NCBI RefSeq assembly: GCF_006345805.1
Contig: NC_043010.1
Location: 66,836,001-66,900,000, forward strand
Source: Octopus sinensis
Taxonomy: Eukaryota
DNA: 64,000 nucleotides
Direction of reading: 5' to 3'
Shown: positions 12,468 to 25,269 of the stretch, one piece after another
Position numbering within the stretch: the stretch's first letter is position 1
Layout of the letters: every line of letters begins with the position of its first letter
Notes under the pieces: model-generated
What the model saw: only the letters and a program-made list of their open reading frames with translations
What the model was told of the DNA's origin: nothing
Database searches by the model: none
Made by a program: the position numbers and the translations under genes

Positions 12468-14024
12468 GCACAACTACTACCTCAAGGACATGTATTACAT
12501 CAAAAATTCTGCGTTGGGGATGCAAATCCTCTCATTCGCATACGACATAATGCGGCAACAGCATAAAAATGAAGCGTCCATCTCGTCCTTCTCTCAATGT
12601 AGAATGAGGAAGTTTGGATGTTGAGGTAATATAAATAAATGAATAAATAAATATATACATATATAAAATACAGACAGACGTGAAGGAACCTGGTAATAAG
12701 AGCAAATAAGGATAAAGATGGAGGGGCGAGAATTCAGGACGAAGGATAAAAAATATATAAAAAGAGTAAGTATAGAAAAATATAAAAATGTAGAGTATAA
12801 AGATATAAAGAGATATAAAAAGATATAAAAAAATATAAAAAAATATAAATGAATATAAAGGTATATAAAAAAAATTAAAAAAAAAAAAAATTAAAAAATT
12901 AGAAAAAATAAAAAAAATAAAAAAAATTATCAGAAGAATAAAGGGTATAAGAGTGTAGGAATGTAAAAGAATATAAGGATAAGTGATATATAGTAGTTAC
13001 GGACCAAACATGGTGGTCAGGAAAATGACAAATTCTGGTTGTCATAAATCAGGAAAATGACAAATTCTGGGTGTCATAAATCAACTGGGGACCTAGTGTA
13101 TTGTAAATTAGAGTTGTTGAGCCGTTTATCTAGTTCTTCGTAACGTATTAAGTGGTTATCATGTACATACGTACACGCATGGATACATACACCCATATAC
13201 ACGCGCACATATACGCACGCATACGCAACTACACGCATACAAGCATACATACGTACTCTCGTGTAAACATATACAGATATATATGGAAAAAGGCGCATGT
13301 AGTTGGGTACACGAACCGACGCGCATACATACGTACATACATACACTCACATGCGTTCATATAGGCACACTCGCACTTACACGCATGTACAAGACGAAGT
13401 GAATCTCTATGCGTGTGGGCAGGAATATGTATACACCTGCGCTCGCGTCCACCCCCACGCACATGGGGGAGTAGATCCCTATGCCTATACACAAAGGTAT
13501 GCATATGCACAGACACAGGTATAACAAAAGGATCCGTTCTTGCACACGGGTAAGATACGGAGTCATAGTGGGTACATTAGGTAGACATGAACGTAAGAAA
13601 CTTGCGGGCAAAAGATTTTAACAGAATATGTATATATATACACGGACAGTATACATATACATATATATACACACACAGACACACGCACGCATATATATAT
13701 ACACATATATGCATACATATATATATGTATATATATACATATACACATATACACACATATACATACCCACACATGCACACACCCATACCCGCACACGCAC
13801 ATATATATATGTGTGCATACATACACACCCACGTGTACATACAAAAGAGACCGATAGAATAAGTACTAGGCTTACAAAGAATAAGTCCTGGGGTTGATTT
13901 GCTCGACTAAAGGCGATGCTCTAGCATGGCCCCAGTCAAATGACGGAAACAAGTAAAAGAAACGAAAGAATATCAAGATATGTTTATAGTATCGGAACTG
14001 TGATCCCTCAATTCGGAGAAGTGG

Positions 14025-14400
14025 TGGTTCAACTTGGAGAGACGTCCTTGATCTCTGAGCTATGCACCCTATCGAATAACATTACTCCAGAGACCTTTCG
14101 CAGAAACCCCATTTCAGCCACTTGTATTTGCGATCGTACTCTTTCAGTCACTACACAACATTCATGGCCCCGGGCGAGGATAGGTACGAGAGCCAGATTG
14201 AAGATAACGAGTTTGGCTTCTTTACAAAATTCTCTTCTGAGGATAGAATAATGCTGGAGCGAATGCATTACTGTGCCAAAACCTGTAAAATTTAGCATCC
14301 AATTCAGCCTCCTGTTTCCCAACACTCGTGAATACGGTCCCAAGATACTTAAACTTTGCCACTTGCCTCAGTGATGTTCTATGAACATTTAGAGTGCACT
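14025..14400 (-). mobile_element. Rex3/Expander-like RTE LINE fragment
   Basis: QVAKFKYLGTVFTSVGKQEAELD and GHECCVVTERVRSQIQVAEMGFLRKVSG, in two frames. Confidence 0.75.
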
Positions 14401-14490
14401 TGGAAGACTTTCTTGAGAAGACCAATGTCTCAGTTAATGACACCGAAATAGACAAATCTGTATTTTTTCTTGTCGACTATTTTTTCTTGT

Positions 14491-14962
14491 CGACATACAG
14501 CATCTCGAAAGAGTCCAGAAGCTGGCTACCCGCATGGTTCATGGTCTCAAAAATTTGTCCTACGAAGAAAGGCTGAGGACGCTCGACCTTTATTCTCTTG
14601 AAAAACGCCGCCGCCGTGGTGATCTCATTCTCGCCCACAACATCATAAGCGGAAAGTGTAACCTCTCGAAAGAGCTGTTCTTCACTCCTGCTCCAGAGCG
14701 TCGGCTGCGGGGTCATTCCGAAAAGCTCTACCTGCGACGATTTCATCTCAATCGAAGGAGAGGAGCTTTCTCCGTCCGGGTTGCGGATCCGTGGAACAAG
14801 CTGCCAGACGAGATGGTGAAGATGCCGACGACCGCTTTGTTCAAAGCCTCCCTGGACCTCAAGTGGCCTGAACTCTTTACATGAACACCACCCTGTACTT
14901 AACTCCATGTCTCCCTACATGGCCTTGCTATTTGCTTTTGAGCCAAATTAACTAACTAACTA
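14491..14962 (+). mobile_element. CR1-clade LINE 3' end
   Basis: LERVQKLATRMV...LSYEERLRTLDLYSLEKRRRRGDLI...LRGHSEKL...FSVRVADPWNKLP, then a 3' UTR and an (AACT)n tail. Confidence 0.9.
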
Positions 14963-15270
14963 ACACATCACGTGATAAGAGATGCGTTTTTTTACATAAA
15001 TTCAAAAGTGTTGACGTCTTTGTAAACGTCAAATCTACCTCTAAGATTATTTTCACAAACGTTTTCTTAAAAAATCATTTTTTGTTTGATTGAGGAATTT
15101 ACATCTGGGTGAGTTCTCAAAATATATATATTTTTAAGACCTTGAGCAGAATCGTTAGTGCATCGGACGAAATGCTTAGCGACATTTCATCGCTCTAGGT
15201 TCAAATTCCGTCGAGGTCGATTTTGCTTTCATTCTTTCGGGGGTCGACAAAATAAAGTATCCGTTGAACA

Positions 15271-15428
15271 GCGGAGGTAAATAATACGCACACCACCCCT
15301 AACTCTAACCTTAAGCCTAACCCTAAACCCTAAACCCCAACCCTAACCCTAAATCCTAACCCTAACCCTAAACCCTTAACCCTAACCGTAACCCCTAAAT
15401 ACCGGGTGTACGCATTCTTTACTTTCGC
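15271..15428 (-). mobile_element. TIR-bounded element with internal degenerate telomeric repeats (short copy)
   Basis: Ends are GCGGAGGTAAATAATACGCACACC and GGTGTACGCATTCTTTACTTTCGC, with (CCCTAA/CCCTAAA)n between. It interrupts a SINE A variant. Confidence 0.7.
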
Positions 15429-15526
15429 AAACAAAGGCGATGTATTCACTTAGCCCCCCCACTTCCCATAAAATTATTGACCTTTCGGAGCAGTTAGGAT
15501 AGGATAGACTTATCAAAACATTATAA

Positions 15527-15843
15527 ATTTCTTTACTACCCACAAGGGGCTAAACACAGAGGGGACAAACAAGGACAGACAAACGGATTAAGTCGATTAC
15601 ATCGACCCCAGTGCGTAACTGGTACTTATTTAATCGACCCCGAAAGGATGAAAGGCAAAGTCGACCTCGGCGGAATTTGAACTCAGAACGTAACGGCAGA
15701 CAAAATATCTGTTTCTTTACTACCCACAAGGAGCTAAACACAGAGAGGACAAACAAGGACAAACAAACGGAGTAAGTCGAGTATATCGACCCCAGTGCGT
15801 AACTGGTACTTATTTAATCGACCCCGAAAGGATGAAAGGCAAA
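15527..15843 (-). mobile_element. SINE A, tandem bodies (headless)
   Basis: Two family A bodies. Confidence 0.85.
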
Positions 15844-16593
15844 GTACATAGTACATAGGCTTCTTAAGGCGGTGAGCTGGCAGAGTTGTTAGCATGTTAA
15901 GGGTACACGTGTCTGTGGAGTGCTCAGCCACTTGCACATTAATTCCACGAGCAGGCTGTTCCGTTGATCGGATCAACTGGAGCCCTCGTCATCGTAACCG
16001 ACGGAGCACCACGATATTCATTATAGAAAATAGTCCAATACTGGGGTATATAAATCCACGACGAAAAAAAAAAACTGGGAATTAGTACACCTGGTGAACT
16101 AATTTAATTGAAGGATAATCGTCAATAACGTTGACTCGGTACAAACTACATCTGCACTCTGTTCTCTTGCACTGAACCACGTGACATGAGAGACGCTGTG
16201 TTATTACGCAGATTCAAATGCTTGGCCTGTTTTGTCAACGTTAAATCTATCTCGAAGTTTGTTTTATGTATTGTTACTAAATAATTTTTGGTCTGGTTTA
16301 AGGAATCTACTTTAGGGTGAGTTTTCAATGAAAATTGTATTTACAGAGCTTCTTATGATGTGATGATTGTTAGGCAAAGTTTTGGAATAAGCGTCGTCCG
16401 AAGTCTCATATCTCACCCCACCTTCTCTACACATTTTTTGGTATTTCCTTGTTTCATACAATTCTGAAAAAAAAACATTTCCCTTAAATTTCTGTTATTT
16501 TTTTTTAACGTTTTTACCACCTCCCCATTCGAACCTTTACCTTTTTCACGAAGTGTGAGACTTTGAAGGACAGCTTTCTCCCAAACTCCGCTA

Positions 16594-16649
<56 letters not shown>

Positions 16650-16654
16650 TATTA

Positions 16655-16920
16655 TTTGTCAACAGCCGTTGAATGGGGGCCTTGGCATGCCGTGGTTGCT
16701 GATGCGCAGGCATGCACCTCAGGCTACAGCATCTCCAGCGTTTCCTGGACGGTGAGCAGGTGTGGTCGCCGTTTGTTAGACTCGCTCTTCTGAAGCTCGT
16801 CTCTTTGACTGAGCTGCAATCCTGGATGCTTAATTTTTATTGTTTTTTTAATGTTTACACGCTGTAAAACCCTTTGTATCGTCTTGTGCTGTCTTTTATG
16901 TAAGCCCTTGTGGCCATATA
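16655..16920 (+). mobile_element. Tx1/L1-clade fragment: ORF2 GGLG region fused to the 3' end, inside (TTA)n
   Basis: Homologous to 41468-41640 and to the 42500-42580 3' end. Confidence 0.75.
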
Positions 16921-17175
16921 ATTATTATTATTATTGTCATCGCACAGTATACAATATTGTGAGGTTGTTGAACTGAAGATAATATGTTTACCGGGTGTTT
17001 GTACAGTTTGCCAAGTCACAACAAGGACTTTCAGTCAGACAGTGCTTTACGCAATATGGGTGCAGTTCCAAGTAATGCCGACTTTTGCAAGACACCTAGA
17101 CTGTAGGGTATTTCTAAAGTTTTCAGATGTTTTTTTCAGATGGGGTGGTATTGAACCCAATACTCCGGTGACAAT

Positions 17176-17695
17176 ATTACGTTCTGAGTTCAAATTCCGC
17201 CGAGGTCGACTTTGCCTTTCATCCTTTCGGGGTCGATTAAAAAAGTACCAGTTACGCACTGGGGTCGATATAAACGACTTAATCCGTTTGTCTGGTCCTT
17301 GTTCGTCCCCTCTGTGTTTAGACCCTTGTGGGTAGTAAAGAAATAGGTATTTCGTCTGTCGCTACGTTCTGAGTTCAAATTCCGCCGAGGTCGACTTTGC
17401 CTTTCATCCTTTCGGGGTCGATTAAATAAGTACCAGTTACGCACTAGGGTCGATATAAACGACTTAATCCGTTTGTCTGTCCTTGTTCGTCCCCTCTGTG
17501 TTTAGCCCCCTGTGGGTAGTAAAGAAATAGGTATTTCGTCTGCCGCTACGTTCTGAGTTCAAATTCCGCCGAGGTCGACTTTGCCTTTCATCCTTTCGGG
17601 GTCGATTAAATAAGTACCAGTTAATCACTGGGGGGGTCAATGTAATCGACTAGTCCCCTTCTCACCAAATTGCTGCTCTTGTGGAACAATTTGAA
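17176..17695 (+). mobile_element. SINE A, three tandem bodies
   Basis: Each new unit starts at GGTATTTCGTCTG directly after the GAAATA tail. Confidence 0.85.
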
Positions 17696-17726
17696 ACCAT
17701 TATCATTATCATTATCATTATCATTA

Positions 17727-17817
<91 letters not shown>

Positions 17818-18142
17818 TATTATTATTGCTTAATATAGCAACTTCGGCGGGGTATGTAGCACAATGTCAGTTGTCCGCACCAAGTGAACTAAAGTAAAAC
17901 ATTCATTCTTTTACTAGCATTTTATAAAATATATTATCTTTCTTATCTTTCCTCCATATAAATCCACAAAGATAAGAGTCAACCATGGAACGGAATGTCC
18001 CACAACAGCGTTTGTTTCCACGCATTAAAGATGCCCAGGTACTTTCAATTTCCGGAGACTAAGTCCCGTCTGCTATGGAAACAAACAATTATGGAACATG
18101 TGATGGTTACACTCCTTGTACGCATGCGCAGCAGCATCTTTG

Positions 18143-18156
18143 GTTACTATGGAAAC
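18143..18156. promoter_or_regulatory. RFX X-box-like motif
   Basis: GTTACTATGGAAAC fits GTHNYYATRRNAAC. A near-match lies at 18068-18082 and an NRF1-like TACGCATGCGCA at ~18119-18130. Confidence 0.3.
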
Positions 18157-18223
18157 AGATTTCTTCGGCAAGGGTTTAGTCGAACAAATCGACACAAGTA
18201 CTTATTTTTTTTAGGATACTAAG

Positions 18224-18690
18224 GCGAAAGTAAAGAATACGTACACCGGGTGTTTAAGGTTAGGGTTTAGGGTTAGGGTTTGGGTTCGGGTTTAGGGTTA
18301 GGGTTTGGGTTAGGGTTTAGTGTTAGGGTTAGGGTTTAGTGTTAGGGTTTAGGATTAGGGTTAGGGTTTAGGGTTAGGGTTTGGGTTAGAGTTTAGGATT
18401 AGGGTTAGGGTTCAGGGTTAGAGCTTAGGGTTAGGGTTTAGAGTTAAGGTTATGGTTTAGGGTTAGGGTTTAGCATTAGAGTTAGGGTTCAGGGTTAGAG
18501 TTAAGGTTATGGTTTAGGGTTATGGTTTAGGGATAGGGTTAGGTTTAGGGTTAGGGTTTGGGTTTAGGATTAGAGTTTGAGTTTTGCGTTAGGGTTCAGG
18601 GTTAGGGTTTGGGTTAGGGTTTAGGGTTAGGATTAGGGTTAGGGTTTTTGTTACGCCGAAAACGAGTGGTATACGTATTCTTTACTCCGC
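18224..18690 (+). mobile_element. TIR-bounded element with ~390 bp of degenerate (TTAGGG/TTTAGGG)n
   Basis: The 5' end GCGAAAGTAAAGAATACGTACACC and 3' end GGTATACGTATTCTTTACTCCGC are inverted repeats. It sits inside a SINE B-like remnant. Confidence 0.75.
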
Positions 18691-19017
18691 TGGATACCAG
18701 TACTTACAGTATTGCGTTTTTGCCGAACCGCCATGTTACTGTTATTTTATTACAAACACGCGCGCGCGTGCACGCCCCTCCCCCCATATACGTCCTGGGG
18801 TCCATTTGTTGTCTAAAGGCGGTGCTCAGGCATGGCCGCAGTCGAATGACTGAAACAAGTAAAAGAATAGAATATATATAGAAAATAGATACATAGACAC
18901 ATATATACATATGGATACACTCACACACACAGTAACATACACACATGCATATAATATAGAAATTTTCAAATAGATTTTGAAAAATTGTATGTGATAACGT
19001 TGTTTCAAAAGCGTTTG

Positions 19018-19031
19018 GTTTCTATGGCAAC
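19018..19031. promoter_or_regulatory. RFX X-box-like motif
   Basis: GTTTCTATGGCAAC fits the X-box consensus. Confidence 0.3.
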
Positions 19032-19196
19032 GTATTGCAAATGACTGGCCAGATAATGTTGAGCGAAAATATAAATGTCTTTTCATAAAAACGTCCCTAT
19101 TTTGATGTACTCACCCGTTTCTTTTGTATAACATTGGAATATTTTCATTCAAGTGTATACCCCATATACGTGTCCATCTGCCGTCTTTCATTTGCC

Positions 19197-19294
<98 letters not shown>

Positions 19295-19306
19295 GTCTAT
19301 CTATCC

Positions 19307-19655
19307 GACGCAGTACCAGGCAGTGGCTCTCATGGCTTCTGATCTTAACTGATTGGAAGTGTTATCATGTGCATTGTTTTGTCTTGGTATAAAAGATGGG
19401 CTACAGCAAATATTCTGCTCAATACCACGGATTTGCTTGTCAGTTGTTTGACCGTAACCAGTTGAGCATGTCCCTTAGTGGCTGATGATATGTGCATCTC
19501 TGATCACGAGCAGAAGTAGTGGGGGAGCATAGCCATGTGTTGAGAGGGATTCTTTGGGGTTTGAATAATTCACCTCTGGAAACATGGGTGGTTCTTTCAA
19601 CATCCTTAAACAACCCTTATTCAGGGACCTTTTGAGCCGGATGGGTTACTCGACC
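19307..19655 (+). mobile_element. 5' part of the ~550-bp non-coding interspersed element
   Basis: Reverse complement of the corresponding part of 42615-43161. Confidence 0.8.
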
Positions 19656-20600
19656 AGAAGAGTAGACAACCCTCATTGGCTATGGTACCGCCTCTGCGTA
19701 ACTACAAAAGAATGAGGCTTCGATATCAGATAGATAGATAAGAAGATTATTTATATACGTTATAATTTAGAATATATATACATATAGTAAGAATTTACAA
19801 AAAAGCAAAAGATGAAAACAACAAACAAATGTATTAGTTTAACGCTCGAGAAGTGAGAAAATCTTTTGCGTTTCGAGCCTATATATATATATATATCAGG
19901 TCGCAGTCTCGAAGCGACGAAAATATTTTGGCAAATTAAATTTAAATGTTGAAGTGGATCTACTGGTTTTTGTGTGTTTCTTAAATGGCTTATAAACACC
20001 TTCCACGCAGACATTGTTATTGTCGATTACCACTTTGCTCTCCTCAGGTATTCTAAATATGTTATTCAACAGTTAACTGTTACTAATCGGGGCAATTGAA
20101 ACGTCAACCAGTTTCCATCTACCAAATCCAACTATAAGGCTTTGGTCGGCCCTAGGTTTTAGTTGAAAACACTTGCCCAAGCTTCTTACCACACGGCCAC
20201 TTTTTGTCATAACATTCACCTAGAGAACATGTTTCAACGACTGGAAGCGTGAAGGGAATATTGCTGTTTCTTGCAATAAATATACCTAAATCAAATTTTT
20301 TTCATGAACCCTTAAAATACTATTGTGGACCCTCTATTTACTCTTTTACTTTCGTTCCACCCACCCCTCCAAATCTTGTACGGACGTTCAGGGGTCACAT
20401 GAACCCCGGTTCAGAACTACTGCTCCAGCAGAAGGGAAACTCAGATGTAATACCCGCTGCTTCGTTTAGACAAGTTCTTTTGGGGGAAAATGCCCATGTT
20501 GTTTAGAGAGAGAGTAATTAGCCCCGTAGCAGGGCCTTTCCCTACTTTAAAAAAGAACTTCAAGGCATCAATATTGCTCGAAATCGAGTTTCTACCATCA

Positions 20601-21444
20601 TGTATGTATGTATGTATGTATGTATGTATTTATGTATTTATGTTTGTATTTTGTATGTATTTATGTATGTATGTAATGTATTATGTATGTATGTATGTAT
20701 TTAATGTATGTATGTATGTATGTATTTATGATGTATGTATGTATGTATGTATGTATGTATGTATGTATGTATGTTGTATGTATGTATGTATTTATGTATG
20801 TATGTATGTATTTATTTATGTATGTATGTATGTATGTATGTATGTTATGTATGTATGTATTTATGTATGTAGTATGTATGTATGTATGTATGTATGTATG
20901 TATTTATGTAGTAAATGTATGTATGTATTATGTATGTATGTATGTATGTATTTTGTATGTATGTATGTATTTATGTATGTTGGTATGTATGTATTTAATG
21001 TATGTATGTATGTATGTATGTATGTATGTATTTATGTATGTATGTTTTCGTATGTATTATGTATGTATGTATTTATGTATGTATGTATGTATGTATGTTG
21101 TATTTAATGTATGTATGTATGTATTTAGGTATGTATGTATGTATGTATGTATGTATTTATGTATTTTGTATTTATGTATGTAGTAGGTATGTATGTATGT
21201 ATGTATGTATGTATAATGTATGTATGTATGTATTTAGTATGTATGTATGTATGTTATGTATGTAGTATGTATGTATTTTGTATGTTATTATGTATGTATG
21301 TATGTGCTGTTCTTTATGTATGTATGCATGTATGTATTTATGTATGTAATGTATGTATGTATGTATGTATGTATGTATGTATGTATGTATGGATGTATTT
21401 ATTTATGTATGTATGTATTGTATGTATGTATGTATGTATGTATG

Positions 21445-21475
<31 letters not shown>

Positions 21476-24196
21476 TTTATGTATTTATATTTATATATTT
21501 ATTATTTTTATGTATGTATGTATGTATGTATGTATGTATTATGTATTTATGTATGTATTATGTATGTATGTATGTATGTATGTACGTAGTATGTATGTAT
21601 GTATTTATGTATTTATGTATGTATGTATGGATGTATGTATGTATTATGTATGTATGTATGTATGTATGTAGTATTGGATGTATGTTGTATTATAGTTATT
21701 TATGTATGGTAGGTATGTATGTAATTTATGTATGTATGTATGTATGATATGTATGTATTTATGTATTTATTATTTATGTATGTATATATGTATTTATGTT
21801 TTATGTATGTATGTATGTAATGTATGTAATGTATGTACTGTATGTATTTATGTATTTATGATGTATATATTATGTATGTTGTATTATGTATGTATGTATG
21901 TATGTATTTATGGTGTATGTATGTATTTATGTATGTATTGTATGTATGTATGTATGTATGTATGTAGGTAGTATGTATGTATGTATGTATGTATGTATGT
22001 ATTATGTATGTATTATGTTGCTGTATTTATGTATGTATGTATGTATTTATGTAGTATGTATGTATTTATTATGTATTTAGTGTATGTATTTATTTATGTA
22101 TTTATGTTTGTAAATGTAGTATTTATTATGTATGTATGTAATGTATTTTATGATGTATGATGTTGTATTTATGTATGTATGTATGTATTTATGTATGTAT
22201 GTAGTATGTATGTATTAATGTATGTAGTTATGTATTTATGTATGTTATAGTATGTATGTATGTATGTATGTAATTATGTATTTATGTAGTATGTATTTAT
22301 GTATTTATGTATGTATGTATGTATGTATGTATGTATGTATGTATGATGTTTTAGTATGTATGTTATGTATGGTATTTATGTATTTATGTATGTATGTATG
22401 TATGTATGTATGTATTTATGTGTATGTATGTATGTATTTATGTATTTATGTATGTATGTATGTATGTATTTATGTATGTATGTATGTATGTATGTATTTA
22501 TGTATGTTGTATTTATGTATGTATGTATTATGTATGTATGTAATGTATGTATGTACTGTATTTAGTATGATGATGTATGTATTATGTATGTATGTATGTA
22601 TGTATGTATTGTATGTATGTATTATGTATGTATGTATGTATGTGTATGTAATTTACGTATGATGTATGTATGTTGTATGTATTTATGTATGTCTGTATGT
22701 AATGTACGTATGTATGTATTGTTGTATGTATGTATTTAGTATGTATGTATGTATGTATTTATGTATGTATGTATGTATGTATGTATGTATGTGATTTATG
22801 TTATTATGTATGTATGTTATTTATGTAGTATGTATGTATGTATTTATGTATTTATGTCTTATGTATGTAATGTATGTATGTATTTATGTATTATATGTAT
22901 GTATGTTGTATTATGTATGTATTTATGTTATTTATGTATGGACGTATGTAGTATGTATGTATGTATTTATGTATTTCTGTATGTTGTATATTATGTTGTA
23001 TGTATGTAGTATGTATTTATGTATGTATGTATGTATGTATTTAGTATGTATGTATTGTATGTATGTATTTATGTGTGTATGTATGTATTTATGTATGTAA
23101 TGTTGTATGTATGTATGTATGTATGTATGTATGTATGTATGTATGTATGTATGTATTTATGTATGTATGTATGTTGTATGTATGTATGTATGTATGTATG
23201 TATGTATGTATGTCTGTAATGTATGTATGTTATGTTGTATTTATGTATGTATTTATGTATGTATGTATGTAGTATTTATGTATGTAATTTATGTATGTAT
23301 TCTGTATTGTATGTATGTATGTATTTATGTATTTATGTATTTATGTAGTATGTATGTTATGTATTTTATGTATGTATGTATGTATGTATGTATGTATGTA
23401 TGTATGTATTCTGTATGTATGTATGTATTTATGTATGTATGTATGTATGTATGTAATGTATTATGTATGTATGTATTTATGTATGTTTTAGGTATGTATG
23501 TATGTATGTATTTATGTATGTATGTATGTATGTATTTATGTATGTAGGTATGTATGTATGTATGTATTTATGTATGTATGTATGTATGTTCTTTATGTAT
23601 GTATGTATGTATGTATGTATGTATGTATGTATTTATGTATTTATGTATTTATGTATGTATATTATGTAATGTATGTATGTATTATTGTTTTAGTATGTAT
23701 CTATGTATGATGTATGTATGTATGTATTGTATGTATTTATGTATTTATGTATGTATGTATGTATTATGTATTATGTATGTATGTATGTATATGTATGTAT
23801 GTATGTATGTTGTATAATTATTTATGTATTTATGTATTATGTATGTATTTATGGTATTTATGTATGTATGTATGTAATGTATGTTTATGTATGTATGTAT
23901 TTATGTATTTAAATGTTTTATGTATGTATATATGTATGGTTATGTATTTATGTATGTATGTATGTATGTATTTATGTATGTATGTATGTATGTATGTATT
24001 TATGTATTTATGTATGTATATAGGTATGTATGTATTATGTATGTAGTATGTATGTATTTATGTATTTATGTATGTATGTATGTATGTATGTATGTTTATG
24101 TATTTATGTATGTATGTATGTATGTATTATGTATTTATGTATTTTGTATTTAGTATGTATGTTGTATTTATGTATGTATGTATGTATGTATGTATG

Positions 24197-24227
<31 letters not shown>

Positions 24228-24651
24228 TGTATGTATTTATGTATGTATTTAACGTATGTATGTATGTATGTATGTATGTAGTATGTATGTATGTATGTAT
24301 TTATGTATGTATTTATGTATGTATGTATTTATGTATGTATGTAGTTATTATGTTGTATGTATGTATTTATGTATGTATTTATGTATGTATGTATTTATGG
24401 TATTTATGTATTGTATGTAGTATGTATTGATGTATGTGTATTTATGTATGTATTTATTTTGTATGTATGTATGTATTTATTATGTATGTATGTATTTATG
24501 TATGTATTTATGTATTATGTATGTATTTATGTATGTATTTATGTATGTTGTATGTATGTGTTTTATGTATGTATTATGGATTTATGTATGTATGTATGTA
24601 ATGTATATATGTATGTAGTATGTATGTATGTATGTATGTATGTATGTATGT
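20601..24651. repeat. ~4-kb degenerate (TATG)n microsatellite
   Basis: Continuous TATG with TATT, TAG and TAA variants. Confidence 0.97.
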
Positions 24652-24654
24652 ACC

Positions 24655-24990
24655 CAGTACAACCTGTTGCATGGTCGGGTCGTCGGCGACTAGACCGGCA
24701 ACACCACCAAGCCTGCTTGCTGAGGAGGGTGTTTATTGAACACCCTGCTGGATGAAAAACAAAACCCGTGAAAGGCGGAGGAACCTTGTGAGTCAACGGC
24801 CATCCAATAAATGTCTTAGGCTGTATCAGCGCAGGACATAGAAATAATCGGACTGAATACCCGATCGCGCGGTTAAACCATTGGGAGTGAAGGACTCCTA
24901 GCCTTTGTTAGGGCATCCTTCTAGGAGAAGGCAACTCAGGTAACTGGGATAACTCCGACATAAAACCTGCGGCTCAGTGGTTACCGATGA
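24655..24990 (+). mobile_element. RTE-like LINE 5' UTR fragment
   Basis: GGGCATCCTTCTAGGAGAAGGCAACTC...AAACC resembles the conserved RTE 5' UTR block (recalled, not searched). No ORF follows. Confidence 0.45.
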
Positions 24991-25230
24991 TGTTGACTTG
25001 TTCTTCTTTTCGAATTACAAATTCACATTTGGGACTTGAGAAAAGTCTCGCATATTTTTACTGTTCCACTCACAGATTGCACTTGTAATGCATGTATGTA
25101 TTAGCCGGTCGATTTCTCTTTCTGAAATGTATGTACGTGTGTATGTATGTATTTATTATGTACGTGTGTATGTATGTATTTATGTATGTATGCATGCATA
25201 TGTGCAAGTATATATATATATATCTATTAT

Positions 25231-25269
<39 letters not shown>

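Noticed and set aside
18248-18650. Telomeric repeats as a chromosome end or fusion site
   Set aside because: They are degenerate, internal and bounded by TIRs, so treated as transposon cargo.
20490-24755. Dozens of MYVC-repeat ORFs
   Set aside because: These are translations of (TATG)n, which lacks stops in some frames; there is no coding signal.
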